From: Octopus vulgaris
Lineage: Eukaryota
Length of the DNA: 64,000 nt
Direction: 5' to 3'
NCBI GenBank assembly: GCA_951406725.2
Contig: OX597823.1
Coordinates: forward strand, 14,322,001 to 14,386,000
Shown: positions 26,919-37,559 of the stretch, in pieces
Layout: each line of letters begins with the position of its first letter
How positions within the stretch are numbered: the first letter of the stretch is position 1
Position numbers and translations under genes: made by a program
Notes under the pieces: generated by a model
Told to the model about the DNA's origin: nothing
The model's database searches: none
What the model saw: only the letters and a program-made list of their open reading frames with translations

Positions 26919-26966
<48 letters not shown>

Positions 26967-27138
26967 AGATACATATGTAAATACATACACACGTACACAA
27001 TGCTCACACACACACACACACACACATACACACACACCCGCACACAGTGCACACACACACACACATATATACACACGTGCACACACACACACACATACAA
27101 CGCGCGCACACACACATATACACACACACGCACACAGT

Positions 27139-27170
<32 letters not shown>

Positions 27171-27355
27171 CACTCACACACATACATCACCTACATATAT
27201 ATAATGCATGCGTGTGCATGCCACGTATGTGTGCGGTCAATGCCCGCTAGTGTGTCCTATGCGTGCCGATGCGCGCATGTGCCCGCCCGCACGATATGCT
27301 GTGAGCGTGCGCGCGTCCCTGTGTGCTTGCTCTGGATGTGCTTCCAGGGGGTATG

Positions 27356-29632
27356 TTAGAGTATGTTTAGTTGTGGTCTGTATTTTTGAATAAGATTACT
27401 TTCCTTATTTATTCGTGTTTGGTCTGTGGTGTTGTCCGAGCATTGGTATAGTGGGAAGACTAAGAATTTGGGGGACTTATTGTGTGCACAAAGGTCTAAG
27501 TGTCCACTTAGTGGTATCTGTCTTGTGGAGGGGTCCCTCAGTTGTTGTCGGTGAACTGTCATTCTGTCTCTGAGGGTAAGGCTCGTTTGCCCTATGTAGT
27601 CTTCGTGGCATCCTTCACACCTTATGACGTAGAGTAAATTTTTTGATGCGCACGTGAAGTTATTTTTTATGATGAATGTGTGTCCCGAGTGGAACTTGTA
27701 CGACGATCCCTCAATGAGGTGGATGCGGGTCTTACAGTTGGGGCGACCACATTTTTTGATGGTGGGCGGTGGGTTTGTGTTGTGTAATTTTGCGTTGGTG
27801 AGGAGGTTTTTTAGGGATTTAGGTTGTCTCTTACTTTTTATTATTTTATGAGCTGCCAGTATTTTTTTCAGGCGTGGGTCTTGATTTAGTTGTGGAATGT
27901 TGTTGTATATAATAGTGTAAGCTTCTGCATTCCTTGGGTTGTGTGTTGAGAGATAAGGGAGGCTATTGACTGTACTGTGGATGTGTTTGGGTTTTCGAAG
28001 GTCTTGAATGTTGATTGATTTGGCCCGTTCTATTCCGTTGTCTACTAGTGATGCCGGGTAATGTCTTTCGAGAAGAATTGCCCTTAGTTCCCGGAGTCTT
28101 CTATTTCGTGTTGTGTCATTTGAGACAATAGTGCAGATTCTTCTCGCTAGGTTGAAGGGGATATTTGTCTTTGTGTGTTTTGGGTGATTGGAGGTGAATA
28201 GAAGGTATTGTTTAGAGTCAGTGGGTTTGTAATGGATGTCAGTTTCAATGTTGACGCCTTTTTTAATGATTAGGATGTCAAGAAAAGGGAGTTGGTCCTG
28301 ACTATATTCCATTGTGAATTGAATGTTGTTATTTACACTGTTGATAAGGTTTTTGAAGTCTATAAGTTGGTCGAGTGTGTGGGACCATAGGATGAGGCAA
28401 TCATCTAAGTAGCGTTTCCAGTTCTCCAACAGGTATTTGTGGAAAGACTGGCCGTACTTATATTTGGATTTTTCATAGATATGTGATTCCAGGTAGGCCA
28501 TCACCAGGTTTGCATAGGTAGGTGCAACTTTCGTACCCATTGCAGTCCCTGAGACCTGTCTGTAAGTGTTGTTGTGGAAATACATGAAGTTGTTTTGCAG
28601 AATAAATTTGAGGCCCTCAATTATGAATTCTTTTTTAATTCTTTCCGGGATCTCATTGGGATATTTATCCAGCCAGAATTTAATGGCTTCCAGTCCAAAT
28701 TCATGTGGGATTGTGGTGTAAAGATTAATAACATCAAAAGAAACGATTAAGGTGTCTTTATCGGCATGTTTGGGGAGATGGTTTAATAGGTCCAGGTCAT
28801 CTCTTACAATACTTGGAATGTGTTTCAGTATTGGCTTTAAGATGATATCTATAAAGTTGCTAAGTCTGTGTGTTTCACAACTTGGGCCTGCCACTATTGG
28901 TCTCAGTTTGAGATCAGTGGGATGTGGTATAGTGATGCAGGTTGAAGTGGACTTTTTGCAAGCTTCTGTGATAATTTGACTCTTGTGTATTTTTGGAAGC
29001 CCATAGAGTGTGCTGGTTTTGCAATTAAATTTAGTAATGTAGTCGCATTCCTTTGCTGTCAAGTCATTCCGGTGTTGGTAAATGAGTGCCTTCAGATTGG
29101 TCATTGTTTTGGATTGCTGGTAGTCGACTACTCTTTCGTAGTATGTGGTATCCTCTAAAAGGAGAGATACAGAGTTTTTATACTGCTCAGTATTCATAAT
29201 AACGACCGTACTACCCTTATCAGCTTCCTTTATTGTGACGTCATGATTGTCTCGTAGCGTATGGATGATTTCCCATTCTCTTTTACTGGTGTTGGGTTTG
29301 AGTTTAGGTTGTGGGAGTTCACCATAAGGGAAGTTGGAGATGTAATCGCAAAATTTGTCTAAGGTTTTGTTTTTGCCTTTTATGGGATTATAGTTGCTTT
29401 TGTTACAGACCATTGATTCGTCGTTATTATTAGTTTTTCTGTCAAAAAATTCCTCTGTGAGGCGTAATTTTCTGCAAAAGTGCGAGATGTCATCCTGTAT
29501 TTCCCTCAGGTTAGGGTATTGCGGAGTTGGGGTGAATTTTAGTCCTCTTGAAAGGATTTTTATTTGTGGTGTCGACAGGTTTAGGTTAGAAAGATTCACT
29601 ATTTTTGGTTTTTCGGGGTTGGTATCTACCAT
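27356..29632 (-). CDS. Penelope-like reverse transcriptase plus GIY-YIG endonuclease (ORF2, 758 aa)
   Basis: IVNLS...LSRGLKF N-terminal motif, LYGLPKIHK, LRPIV, SFDVINLYT, QVSGTAMG, RYLDD, LPFLDI, Cys linker CGRPNCKT(R)...C, LLYVIRCEGCHEDYIGQT, R..VH. Uninterrupted. Confidence 0.97.
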   Translation of the reverse strand: MVDTNPEKPKIVNLSNLNLSTPQIKILSRGLKFTPTPQYPNLREIQDDISHFCRKLRLTEEFFDRKTNNNDESMVCNKSNYNPIKGKNKTLDKFCDYISNFPYGELPQPKLKPNTSKREWEIIHTLRDNHDVTIKEADKGSTVVIMNTEQYKNSVSLLLEDTTYYERVVDYQQSKTMTNLKALIYQHRNDLTAKECDYITKFNCKTSTLYGLPKIHKSQIITEACKKSTSTCITIPHPTDLKLRPIVAGPSCETHRLSNFIDIILKPILKHIPSIVRDDLDLLNHLPKHADKDTLIVSFDVINLYTTIPHEFGLEAIKFWLDKYPNEIPERIKKEFIIEGLKFILQNNFMYFHNNTYRQVSGTAMGTKVAPTYANLVMAYLESHIYEKSKYKYGQSFHKYLLENWKRYLDDCLILWSHTLDQLIDFKNLINSVNNNIQFTMEYSQDQLPFLDILIIKKGVNIETDIHYKPTDSKQYLLFTSNHPKHTKTNIPFNLARRICTIVSNDTTRNRRLRELRAILLERHYPASLVDNGIERAKSINIQDLRKPKHIHSTVNSLPYLSTHNPRNAEAYTIIYNNIPQLNQDPRLKKILAAHKIIKSKRQPKSLKNLLTNAKLHNTNPPPTIKKCGRPNCKTRIHLIEGSSYKFHSGHTFIIKNNFTCASKNLLYVIRCEGCHEDYIGQTSLTLRDRMTVHRQQLRDPSTRQIPLSGHLDLCAHNKSPKFLVFPLYQCSDNTTDQTRINKESNLIQKYRPQLNIL

Positions 29633-30969
29633 CTGGTGTCGTGGAAACTGATGCCCTTGCCTAAAAAAGGAATCCTGGGGGTTCTTCTATTTGCGGTATT
29701 TTGCTGTATGTGATTCTGTCCCCCGTTGACATGTCTGTTGAAGAGGTTTTGGTTGTTGTGATTCTGTCCCCCGTTGCTATGTTGTCTGTTGAGGAGGTTT
29801 TGGTTGTTCCAGGGTCTGGGTTGTTGGTGTGGCCTCCTGGAAGAGTTTTGGTTATTCCAGGGTTTGGGTTGTTTGTCCTGGGTGTAATGTTGGTTCCTTA
29901 GAGTGGGTTGGAAACTATATTCATGGTTTAGGAGTGAATTCCTATATGTTGGGGGAGAACTCTGAGTTAGGAGCGGTTTGGGTTGGAATCTACAATCATA
30001 GTTCAGAGATGGGTTTCTAAGTGATGGGTAGGATCTCCGAATCTGGAACGGTTCTTGTGTGGGTTGGGGTCTACGTTGTCTGGTAAAGTTTTGTCGTGTG
30101 ATGATGGGTGTCTCGGTTCTTTTGATGGGATTGTAGTGCTGTCTGTAAGTTCTGTTGTTGTTGTTGTCGATGTTAGGGGTGGTGTGTGTTCGGTGTTTTG
30201 TGGTTGGTTTTCTTTGTTTTTGGCGAGGGGTGTGAGTTGAAGTAGATATTTTAAAATATGGGTTGCTTGAAAGGTGTTCCTTTGTGAACTCTGTTTCATA
30301 ATTGGTGAACCAGCTGTTTTTTTCCCTTCGCTGGAGGGATGTTATTTCTTCATCCTCGCAGTTTTTTCTCCAGAGTTTGGTGGTTTCATCAAGGAGTGCT
30401 CCTTCACAGTGTTTTGAGATTTCAATCTGCATTTCATTGTCAAGGGTCTTGGATTTTTCTTCACTGGTGTTGGCTCTGAGCCGCAAGAGTTCTACTTCCG
30501 TTTTGAATTTTTCAAAAGCTAGTTTCTCCCTGAGGTTTTTTGGTTTTCTGGTTCATTTTGGATGGGTTTTATTTGTAGTTTTCTGGGTAGGATGATAGGG
30601 GTGGAGTTGAGCCACTTTTCATAAATGTCAGCTTTGTTGTTATTTTTTATGAAATTCCAGAAGGCAAACTTACGCGCTTTGAGATTTTTACTCCAGGTGT
30701 TGTTAAGAGAGATTTTTAATTGAGAAGCAGTCTTTAGTTTGCTCCTGCTTTGGGAGCACTGCCGTCTCTATGGATTTCATTAGGTTTTGCAGTGTTGGGA
30801 TGATGTCAGGGATTTGATTGGTTGTTTTGGCCTCCATGAGTCCATTTAGGTATAAGTGCGATTGTTCGACTTTGTTTATTATGGTTGAAAGTTTCGAGGA
30901 GATTTCTTGTAATTCTTTTAGGATATTTTGGTTCATTAAAGATTCTGCTTGTTGTGATTTGGGTGGCAT
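29626..30969 (-). CDS. Upstream ORF1 of the PLE (~447 aa; coiled-coil N-terminus, N/Q/R/P-rich C-terminus), broken by two compensating frameshifts
   Basis: ATG at 30969 (MPPKSQQ) lies just past the 5' pLTR. ORFs 30703-31029 and 29626-30486 share a frame and are bridged by an open alternative frame (LNNTWSKNLKARKFAFWNFIKNNNKADIYEKWLNSTPIILPRKLQI). Shifts at ~30705-30770 and in an A-run near 30540. Confidence 0.7.
29662..29668 (-). promoter_or_regulatory. Candidate -1 ribosomal frameshift slippery heptamer U_UUU_UUA
   Basis: ORF1 codons ccU UUU UUA GGC AAG. The -1 frame is open from here into the ORF2 ATG at 29632. Confidence 0.7.
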
Positions 30970-31085
30970 TTTCGGGACTCGTGTGATGTTTATATATATA
31001 TAAAAAAGTTGAGTTGTGGGGTATCGCACGAGTGGGATTATATAAGAAAAAAGGTTTGAAAATGCAATTTAAACGATGTTTATTT

Positions 31086-31126
31086 ACTTAACCGGTTTCA
31101 CTCTTTGGTAAAAGATTGTCAAAAGT
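31086..31126 (-). ncRNA. Variant minimal hammerhead ribozyme in the 5' pLTR (sense to the ORFs)
   Basis: Identical to 25220-25260. About 115 nt upstream of the ORF1 ATG. Confidence 0.7.
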
Positions 31127-31758
31127 TACATTTAAGGAAACATTGAATAATATGGGTTCAAAAAAAGTTTTTTACATAATTGTCACATTGAATATTATGC
31201 ATTCAAAAAAGTTTTTTACATAATTGTCACATTGGATATTATGGGTTCAAAAAAAAGTTTTTTACATAATTGTCACATTGAATATTATGCATTCAAAAAA
31301 GTTTTTTACATAATTGGCTACTTCTTCTGTTCTCTCAGTTCAGCCTTTCTGCTAATACTGACAGGTCAGTAAAAACATACTTAAAATATTCTGAGATGTA
31401 CAAAAAAGCCATTTTAATTTTTGCTGTCAAAACGCTGTATATATATACCAAAGATTGTATATATATACATGTAATGTGACAATTTGCGACAACCAATAAT
31501 TAACGCAACCAATTCCCAATAATATATTTGTTTTATCCTTTTCTGCCAAATTTTCCCAAATAATGTGACAATTATGTATAAAAAAACATTTTTGAATTCA
31601 TAATATCCAATGTGACAATTATGTAAAAAACTTTTTTGAATGCATAATATTCAATGTGACAATTATGTAAAAAACTTTTTTGAATGCATAATATTCAATG
31701 TGACAATTATGTAAAAAACTTTTTTGAACCCATATTATTCAATGTTTCCTTAAATGTA

Positions 31759-31799
31759 ACTTTTGACAATCTTTTACCAAAGAGTGAAACCGGTTAAGT
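31759..31799 (+). ncRNA. Variant minimal hammerhead ribozyme in the inverted pLTR
   Basis: ACTTTTGACAATCTTTTACCAAAGAGTGAAACCGGTTAAGT read directly on the + strand. Confidence 0.7.
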
Positions 31800-31838
31800 A
31801 AATAAACATCGTTTAAATTGCATTTTCAAACCTTTTTT

Positions 31839-31887
<49 letters not shown>

Positions 31888-32444
31888 TTATATATATATA
31901 TATTTATATATATGTATATATATATGCATATAAAATATATGCATAGATGAATATATATATATATGCGTATACGCATGTGTATATAAATGCACATACATAC
32001 ATACATACATACATACATACATACATACATACATACTCGTATACGAATTTACACACTTACAATCGGATTTTGTATTTGCTTTGCAAGATGTGAAAACAGA
32101 TATTGTTTCACATTGGGAGGTTCATGTGATGAATAAAGTACACGCACTGGTTTTATTTACCTTCATTTTTATTATCAGTTAATTACATAATTAGTTATTT
32201 AAATCACTTCACTAATTAATTGATTTCTCAAAGTTCTTTCGTCGCTGCCTGTGATTTTATCGATGATAATACGTCCCTCATGCATTTCCTTCATAGTAGA
32301 ATGAACTCCATGTTCTTATTGCTTAAATACTTATTGTCCACAGAGTGTAGGTGTATAAGCATTTACATAACATCTAACTGGTGTTGAGGCCGTGTGGAGT
32401 GTGGTGTTCTATATGGAGGAGAAGCTTGTAGTGTTATATTTTTC

Positions 32445-32482
<38 letters not shown>

Positions 32483-32693
32483 ACACATACACACACATTT
32501 GCTGCTGTCATCCTGTCCTACCAAATGACTTTTTTGGCTTTTAATTTCTTAAATTTCATCCATTCATGCATGCCAGCATGCCGTTCCAGTTGACTTGACA
32601 ATTGCTCCTCATACGACAACTCCCCCCCCCACACACCCACGACAACTACCCCCTAGGACAATTAATCCTTGGGTAATTACTCCCTCTCTAATA

Positions 32694-33213
32694 TTGGGTT
32701 GTCCGGAAAGTTCGTGCCGATTTTTAAAGGAAAGAAAAAGATCAATAAATACTTGCCATTACATTTTCAATCAACCAAATATGAACCATTTTGTTGCGCA
32801 ATGCGTCTCCATCTTTCCTTTAACTTGAAAATACCCGCTTCCTAGAAATGAGGTGGTTTCATGGCAAGGAATTGAAATTTTTACTATTAAGACTATTCTG
32901 TAGAGACCTGAATAAGTGGAAATCCGAAGGAGCAATACCTGGTAAACATGGAGGGTGGGGTAACGCATCTCAGCCGAGCTGCAGCAATTTTTGTCTGGTT
33001 CCCAAAGCATCAAGTGCCGAAAATGAACTTTCTTATCTTCCATTTTAAAGGGTTACAGAATTAACACAGGTTAATAAGAACATAAACCTTCTTCCACAAA
33101 CTGTGCTCTAAATGGAGGTGTAGTCAAATCATATTTTATGGACTCAACCATATTCTAAAATAAATCGAAAGGTAAGTTACTATAAATCGGCACGAACTTT
33201 CCGGACAACCCAA
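32694..33213 (-). mobile_element. Internally deleted mariner element
   Basis: Perfect TIR TTGGGTTGTCCGGAAAGTTCGTGCCGATTT and TA TSD. Transposase remnants MEDKKVHFRHLMLWE and IAPSDFHLFRSLQNSL. Confidence 0.92.
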
Positions 33214-33675
33214 TATATTAAGAAGTTGTCCTTGGGGGTTAATGTCTATGGGGCGGGGGTTAAATGTCCTAGACTCCTATTTGTACCTTCATGCATATGT
33301 ACACACATCCACTCTCTATATGTGCATACATATCATTATTATTATATTACGTATGTGTGCGCATACGTCGGGACTGCGACAATAATGGGCACGCCGCCAA
33401 GGTTGTAGTTGATTAGATCGACTCCAGTAGGTATTTTTAAGTCCAGCTTTTTAGAAAAATATCTATATGTTGAACTGCTAAGTTACGGTTACACATACGC
33501 TTACACACGCGCACCTGTGCACATGCACGCACTCATACGTCCACAATAGCTTCTTACAATTCCCATCACCATTTTTACTCACAAAGCATGTGTCGAACCA
33601 AAGCTATCAAAGTGCCACATAGTGGAACTGAACTCACAACCTTGTGGATAAGAAGCAAAACCTCTTAACTATATA

Positions 33676-34115
33676 GGGATCTTTTCGGTTTGAACGGCAG
33701 TTTTTTTTAAATAATTTCCACGTAACTAAACACTTTTAAACTTCGTATACTGGTAGAATGTGTTTATAAAACATCTTTTTCTCTTGGCTTTATTGAGAAA
33801 ATTCTATAGTTTGTAAGATATTTGGGGTTTTTTTTCTTCAATTTCTGCAATTTTAACCAATCACTGACGTCTATTGAGGTAAAAAAAAAACATCCTGTGC
33901 CGTATGAATATGTCCCTCGTTTAAGAAACAGATTGTGTTTATTTACATTTGTGAAGAAAAAAAGATACCTCCCCCCCTAACCCTAACCCTAACGCTAACT
34001 AACCCTAACCCTAAAACAAATTGAAATGCTATAGATCGATACTAGGGTCATAATTATGGGTGACAATTTCATATGACACCGCTAGAAAAACTGCCGTTCA
34101 AACCGAAAAGATCCC
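33676..34115. mobile_element. MITE with ~30-bp TIRs and internal telomere-like (CCCTAA)n
   Basis: Second copy of 20723-21141, flanked by TATATA on both sides. Confidence 0.9.
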
Positions 34116-34853
34116 TATATAGTCACGCCTGCGCCTATGTTAAGCACAAAATCAAGATAATTATGAAACGTTGATTGCACCGTTGGAGAGGAATATTGAC
34201 TGAAAGACGTAAGCGGTCCAAATAAACTTAATGACTTAAGCGGTACAATCTGTTTGAGTAACCAATATCTACACTTTTGCGAGGATCAATATTTAAAATC
34301 GAAGATATTCAGTAAGTATTGAATATCCAGGTTTTAGTCCTGATTGATCACAATAGAAAATGCAATTTTATATGAATTCGTGGAAAGGTAGTGTACACAT
34401 AAAACTTATGATCTCTGTCTGGTAGTCGTAATATTCTAAACTATCGAGAATGTAAAATAATGCCATCGATTTTAGTGCAGCTTTTCCAATGAAGCTATTT
34501 CATAAATAATAGCTTCCAGGTATTTCAAGCTCTGCGTTGCATCAAACTCCGCCTGCTGGGACGATGAATATTTGTTTTATGGTGTGTTCAGTGACAAATT
34601 GGACTAGCTCAAATTTATTTATTCCCATTAAACAGCCGAGAAGGTGAATAATTTATCATAGGAGAGAGTTTGTCTGATTATGTGTTTGTTCGCAGTTTAG
34701 AGTCTTCAATAAAAAATTTTTTTTGTCTTAATACAAATAAACTTAAGCACAAACGTTCTATCGATGTTGTTTTATTTTTAATGTAACCCATCAAACAAAG
34801 TTTTACTGCCAAAAATGTCAGTCATGCCTCTTATGTATGTATATATATGTATG

Positions 34854-34928
<75 letters not shown>

Positions 34929-34970
34929 TGTGTATATATATATATATATATATATGTGTATATATATATA

Positions 34971-35057
<87 letters not shown>

Positions 35058-35398
35058 ATATATATATATATATATGTTATATATATATATGTATATGTAT
35101 ATATATATAATATTTATATATATGTATACATACGTACATATTACATACGTGAATACACACATACGTATATACATGCTTGTGTGTGTATGTAGGTATGTAT
35201 GTATGAGGTTAAGAGGCTATCAAAAAAATACCAACCAAGTTTATGCGATGCAAATAGAGATAAACAATGCTCGTTGCTTCAATAATATGTTCGCTTGTGC
35301 TAAATTCAAAAGCAAGGAGTGGTGAATCACTTTGGTGTAGTGGTTAGCGCGTTGGACGCCATTCGACAGACATGTGAATCAATTCCCGTCATTACGTA

Positions 35399-35560
35399 CA
35401 GTAAAACCTCGATATACGAGTTAATATGTTCCCGGAGACCGCTCGTAGAGTGAAAACTCGTAAAGTAGAGCAATTATCTCCTAGAGTATCAATGTTATAA
35501 ATCGTGTTTCGTTCCCAGAAAAATATTTTACCCATAAAATTTATAATACTCGTAAATAGA
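35399..35560 (+). mobile_element. pogo/Tigger-like MITE left end
   Basis: TA|CAGTAAAACCTCGATATACGAG start. No matching right end was found. Confidence 0.45.
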
Positions 35561-35683
35561 TAGCAATAAAACAACAGAAGAATGTAAAGAATATTTTATG
35601 TAATGCAAAAAGTGTGTCAAGATAATTTATAACAGAAAATATTATCATTATTTATTATAATAATAATAATAATAATAATAATA

Positions 35684-35730
<47 letters not shown>

Positions 35731-35893
35731 CGTTTTGTGAATCATTTTCACCCGCACTAGACTCGCGATCACCACCACTTGTAGACGTGATCGCCAATTC
35801 ACAGGCACTCGTAGACAGGCCTGGAGATTTCTGTTTAAAAACAAGTCTAGAGTGACTGAAACAAGTAAAAGAGTAAAAGATTAAAAGAGAATA

Positions 35894-35989
<96 letters not shown>

Positions 35990-36037
35990 GTAGCAACTAA
36001 ACACACTTTTTTCTCTCCTTGTTTCTTTCTGTATTCA

Positions 36038-36072
36038 TTTCTGTAGAAGAGCGTAGGCTCGAAACGTAAAGG
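36038..36072 (+). ncRNA. Hammerhead-like motif with CUGUAGA core in a short PLE-type end
   Basis: TTT-CTGTAGA-A-GAGC-GTAG-GCTC-GAAAC-GTA-AAGG. The downstream 90 nt resemble 17233-17328 and end in (TA)n. Confidence 0.6.
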
Positions 36073-36159
36073 ACTTTTCAATTCCGGAGCGTTACTAATA
36101 CATCTGTTTGTTTTCTACACCACCTGTCTTCGTCTTTCGTCTTTTTTTTTGTGAATTCT

Positions 36160-36236
<77 letters not shown>

Positions 36237-36547
36237 ATGTGTATGAATACATACGCACTTCGGGATATAACCCTCATCATCTGTCGACTGGATATCAGAT
36301 GAAGCAGCACCTTCCAAATCTTCCTCCCCACCCTGCTGAGGAATACTGATAATCCGAAGAAATAACCAGGATTTCAGCCGACCTCATACCGAACGTTTTC
36401 TTGTTATCAACGTATCTCAGGTAACCAATCAGGGTTTACCTGTAACTACGACATTTATCCATCGATCTCCTTCATTTCCGAATGTTTAAGAATTTCGGTT
36501 TATCAACTGCAACATTGATGCCATTGCATGAAGTCTAAGATATATTT

Positions 36548-36920
36548 TATCTTTTACGTGTCTTAGTCATTAGATTGCGGTCATGCTGGGGCACCGCCCT
36601 GGAGAATTTTTAGTTGAATGGATAGATCTTAATATTTTTATTCTTTTAAATCCTGGTATTTATTCTATCGATGTTTTTTGTCGAACCGTTCAGTTACGGG
36701 GATCGAAAACACCAACACCTGCTATCAATCGGTGGTGAGAGGAAAAATCAGACAAACAGACAGACAGACAAACAGACAGAGAGATACACACACACGCACA
36801 CACACACGACAGGCTTCTTTTATTTTCCATCCACCAAATCCACTCATAAGGCTTTTGTCGGCCTCTTGCTATAGTAGAAGACACTTTCCCAATGTGGAAT
36901 TGAACCCACACAACCACGCC
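36548..36920 (-). mobile_element. SINE family B, degraded
   Basis: Reverse-complement similarity (CATGCTGGGGCACCGCC, CCAAATCCACTCA, GTAGAAGACACTT). Confidence 0.7.
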
Positions 36921-37339
36921 CATTAAATTTTTTTTTTTTTTTTTTTTTGCTATGGCTTCGGGCCGTGGTTGAAGACGGAAGACATGTAGAAATTCGTCGG
37001 AATGAACCTGTGTCGCGATGATTCAGCTCGAGCATGGCCTTTAAGCATTCCTGTGTCTATGAAGCAACCTGCTGTTTCACACGGTAATTTAACGGGCAGA
37101 TATTTCAGTTGATCGCACAACTGAATGTGCATCGTGGAAAGTGACGGAAGATCCATGATCTATTTGACAATCTATTGAGAATTTGCAATTTGCTCTCATC
37201 TTCTCTCCTCCTCTCGTTCTTTCTCTCGCCCTCCCTCTCCCTCTCTCTCTTTTTTCGTTCACTTCCTTGCATCTTATATATACATACATACAAACATATA
37301 TATATATACATATATATATATATACATATATATATATAC

Positions 37340-37388
<49 letters not shown>

Positions 37389-37439
37389 CATATATATATA
37401 TGTATATATATATATGTATATATGTATATACATATATAC

Positions 37440-37470
<31 letters not shown>

Positions 37471-37511
37471 TATACATACTTTATACATTCACACATGCAC
37501 ACAGATACGAA

Positions 37512-37559
<48 letters not shown>

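Larger units (their letters stand above)
25135..31845 (-). mobile_element. Penelope-like retroelement (Neptune-type), near full length, with 3' pLTR, 5' direct pLTR and inverted pLTR
   Basis: RT plus GIY-YIG ORF. 25135-~25445 is repeated directly at 31001-~31315, and 25174-25749 is repeated inverted at 31313-31845. Both outer ends abut (TA)n. No TSD. Confidence 0.95.

Noticed and set aside
30540-30680. Possible intron in PLE ORF1 (GTAAGT near 30668-30673, minus strand)
   Set aside because: The first in-frame stop lies upstream of this donor, and the bridging frame reads as plausible protein. Two indels are a simpler explanation.
34475-34560. Minus-strand peptide SLKYLEAIIYEI resembling a P450 K-helix
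   Set aside because: Lacks the ExxR arginine, hits a stop shortly after, and has no convincing splice sites.
35329-35390. tRNA-like A-box TGGTGTAGTGGTTAGC
   Set aside because: B-box and cloverleaf are degenerate, so it is not a functional tRNA.
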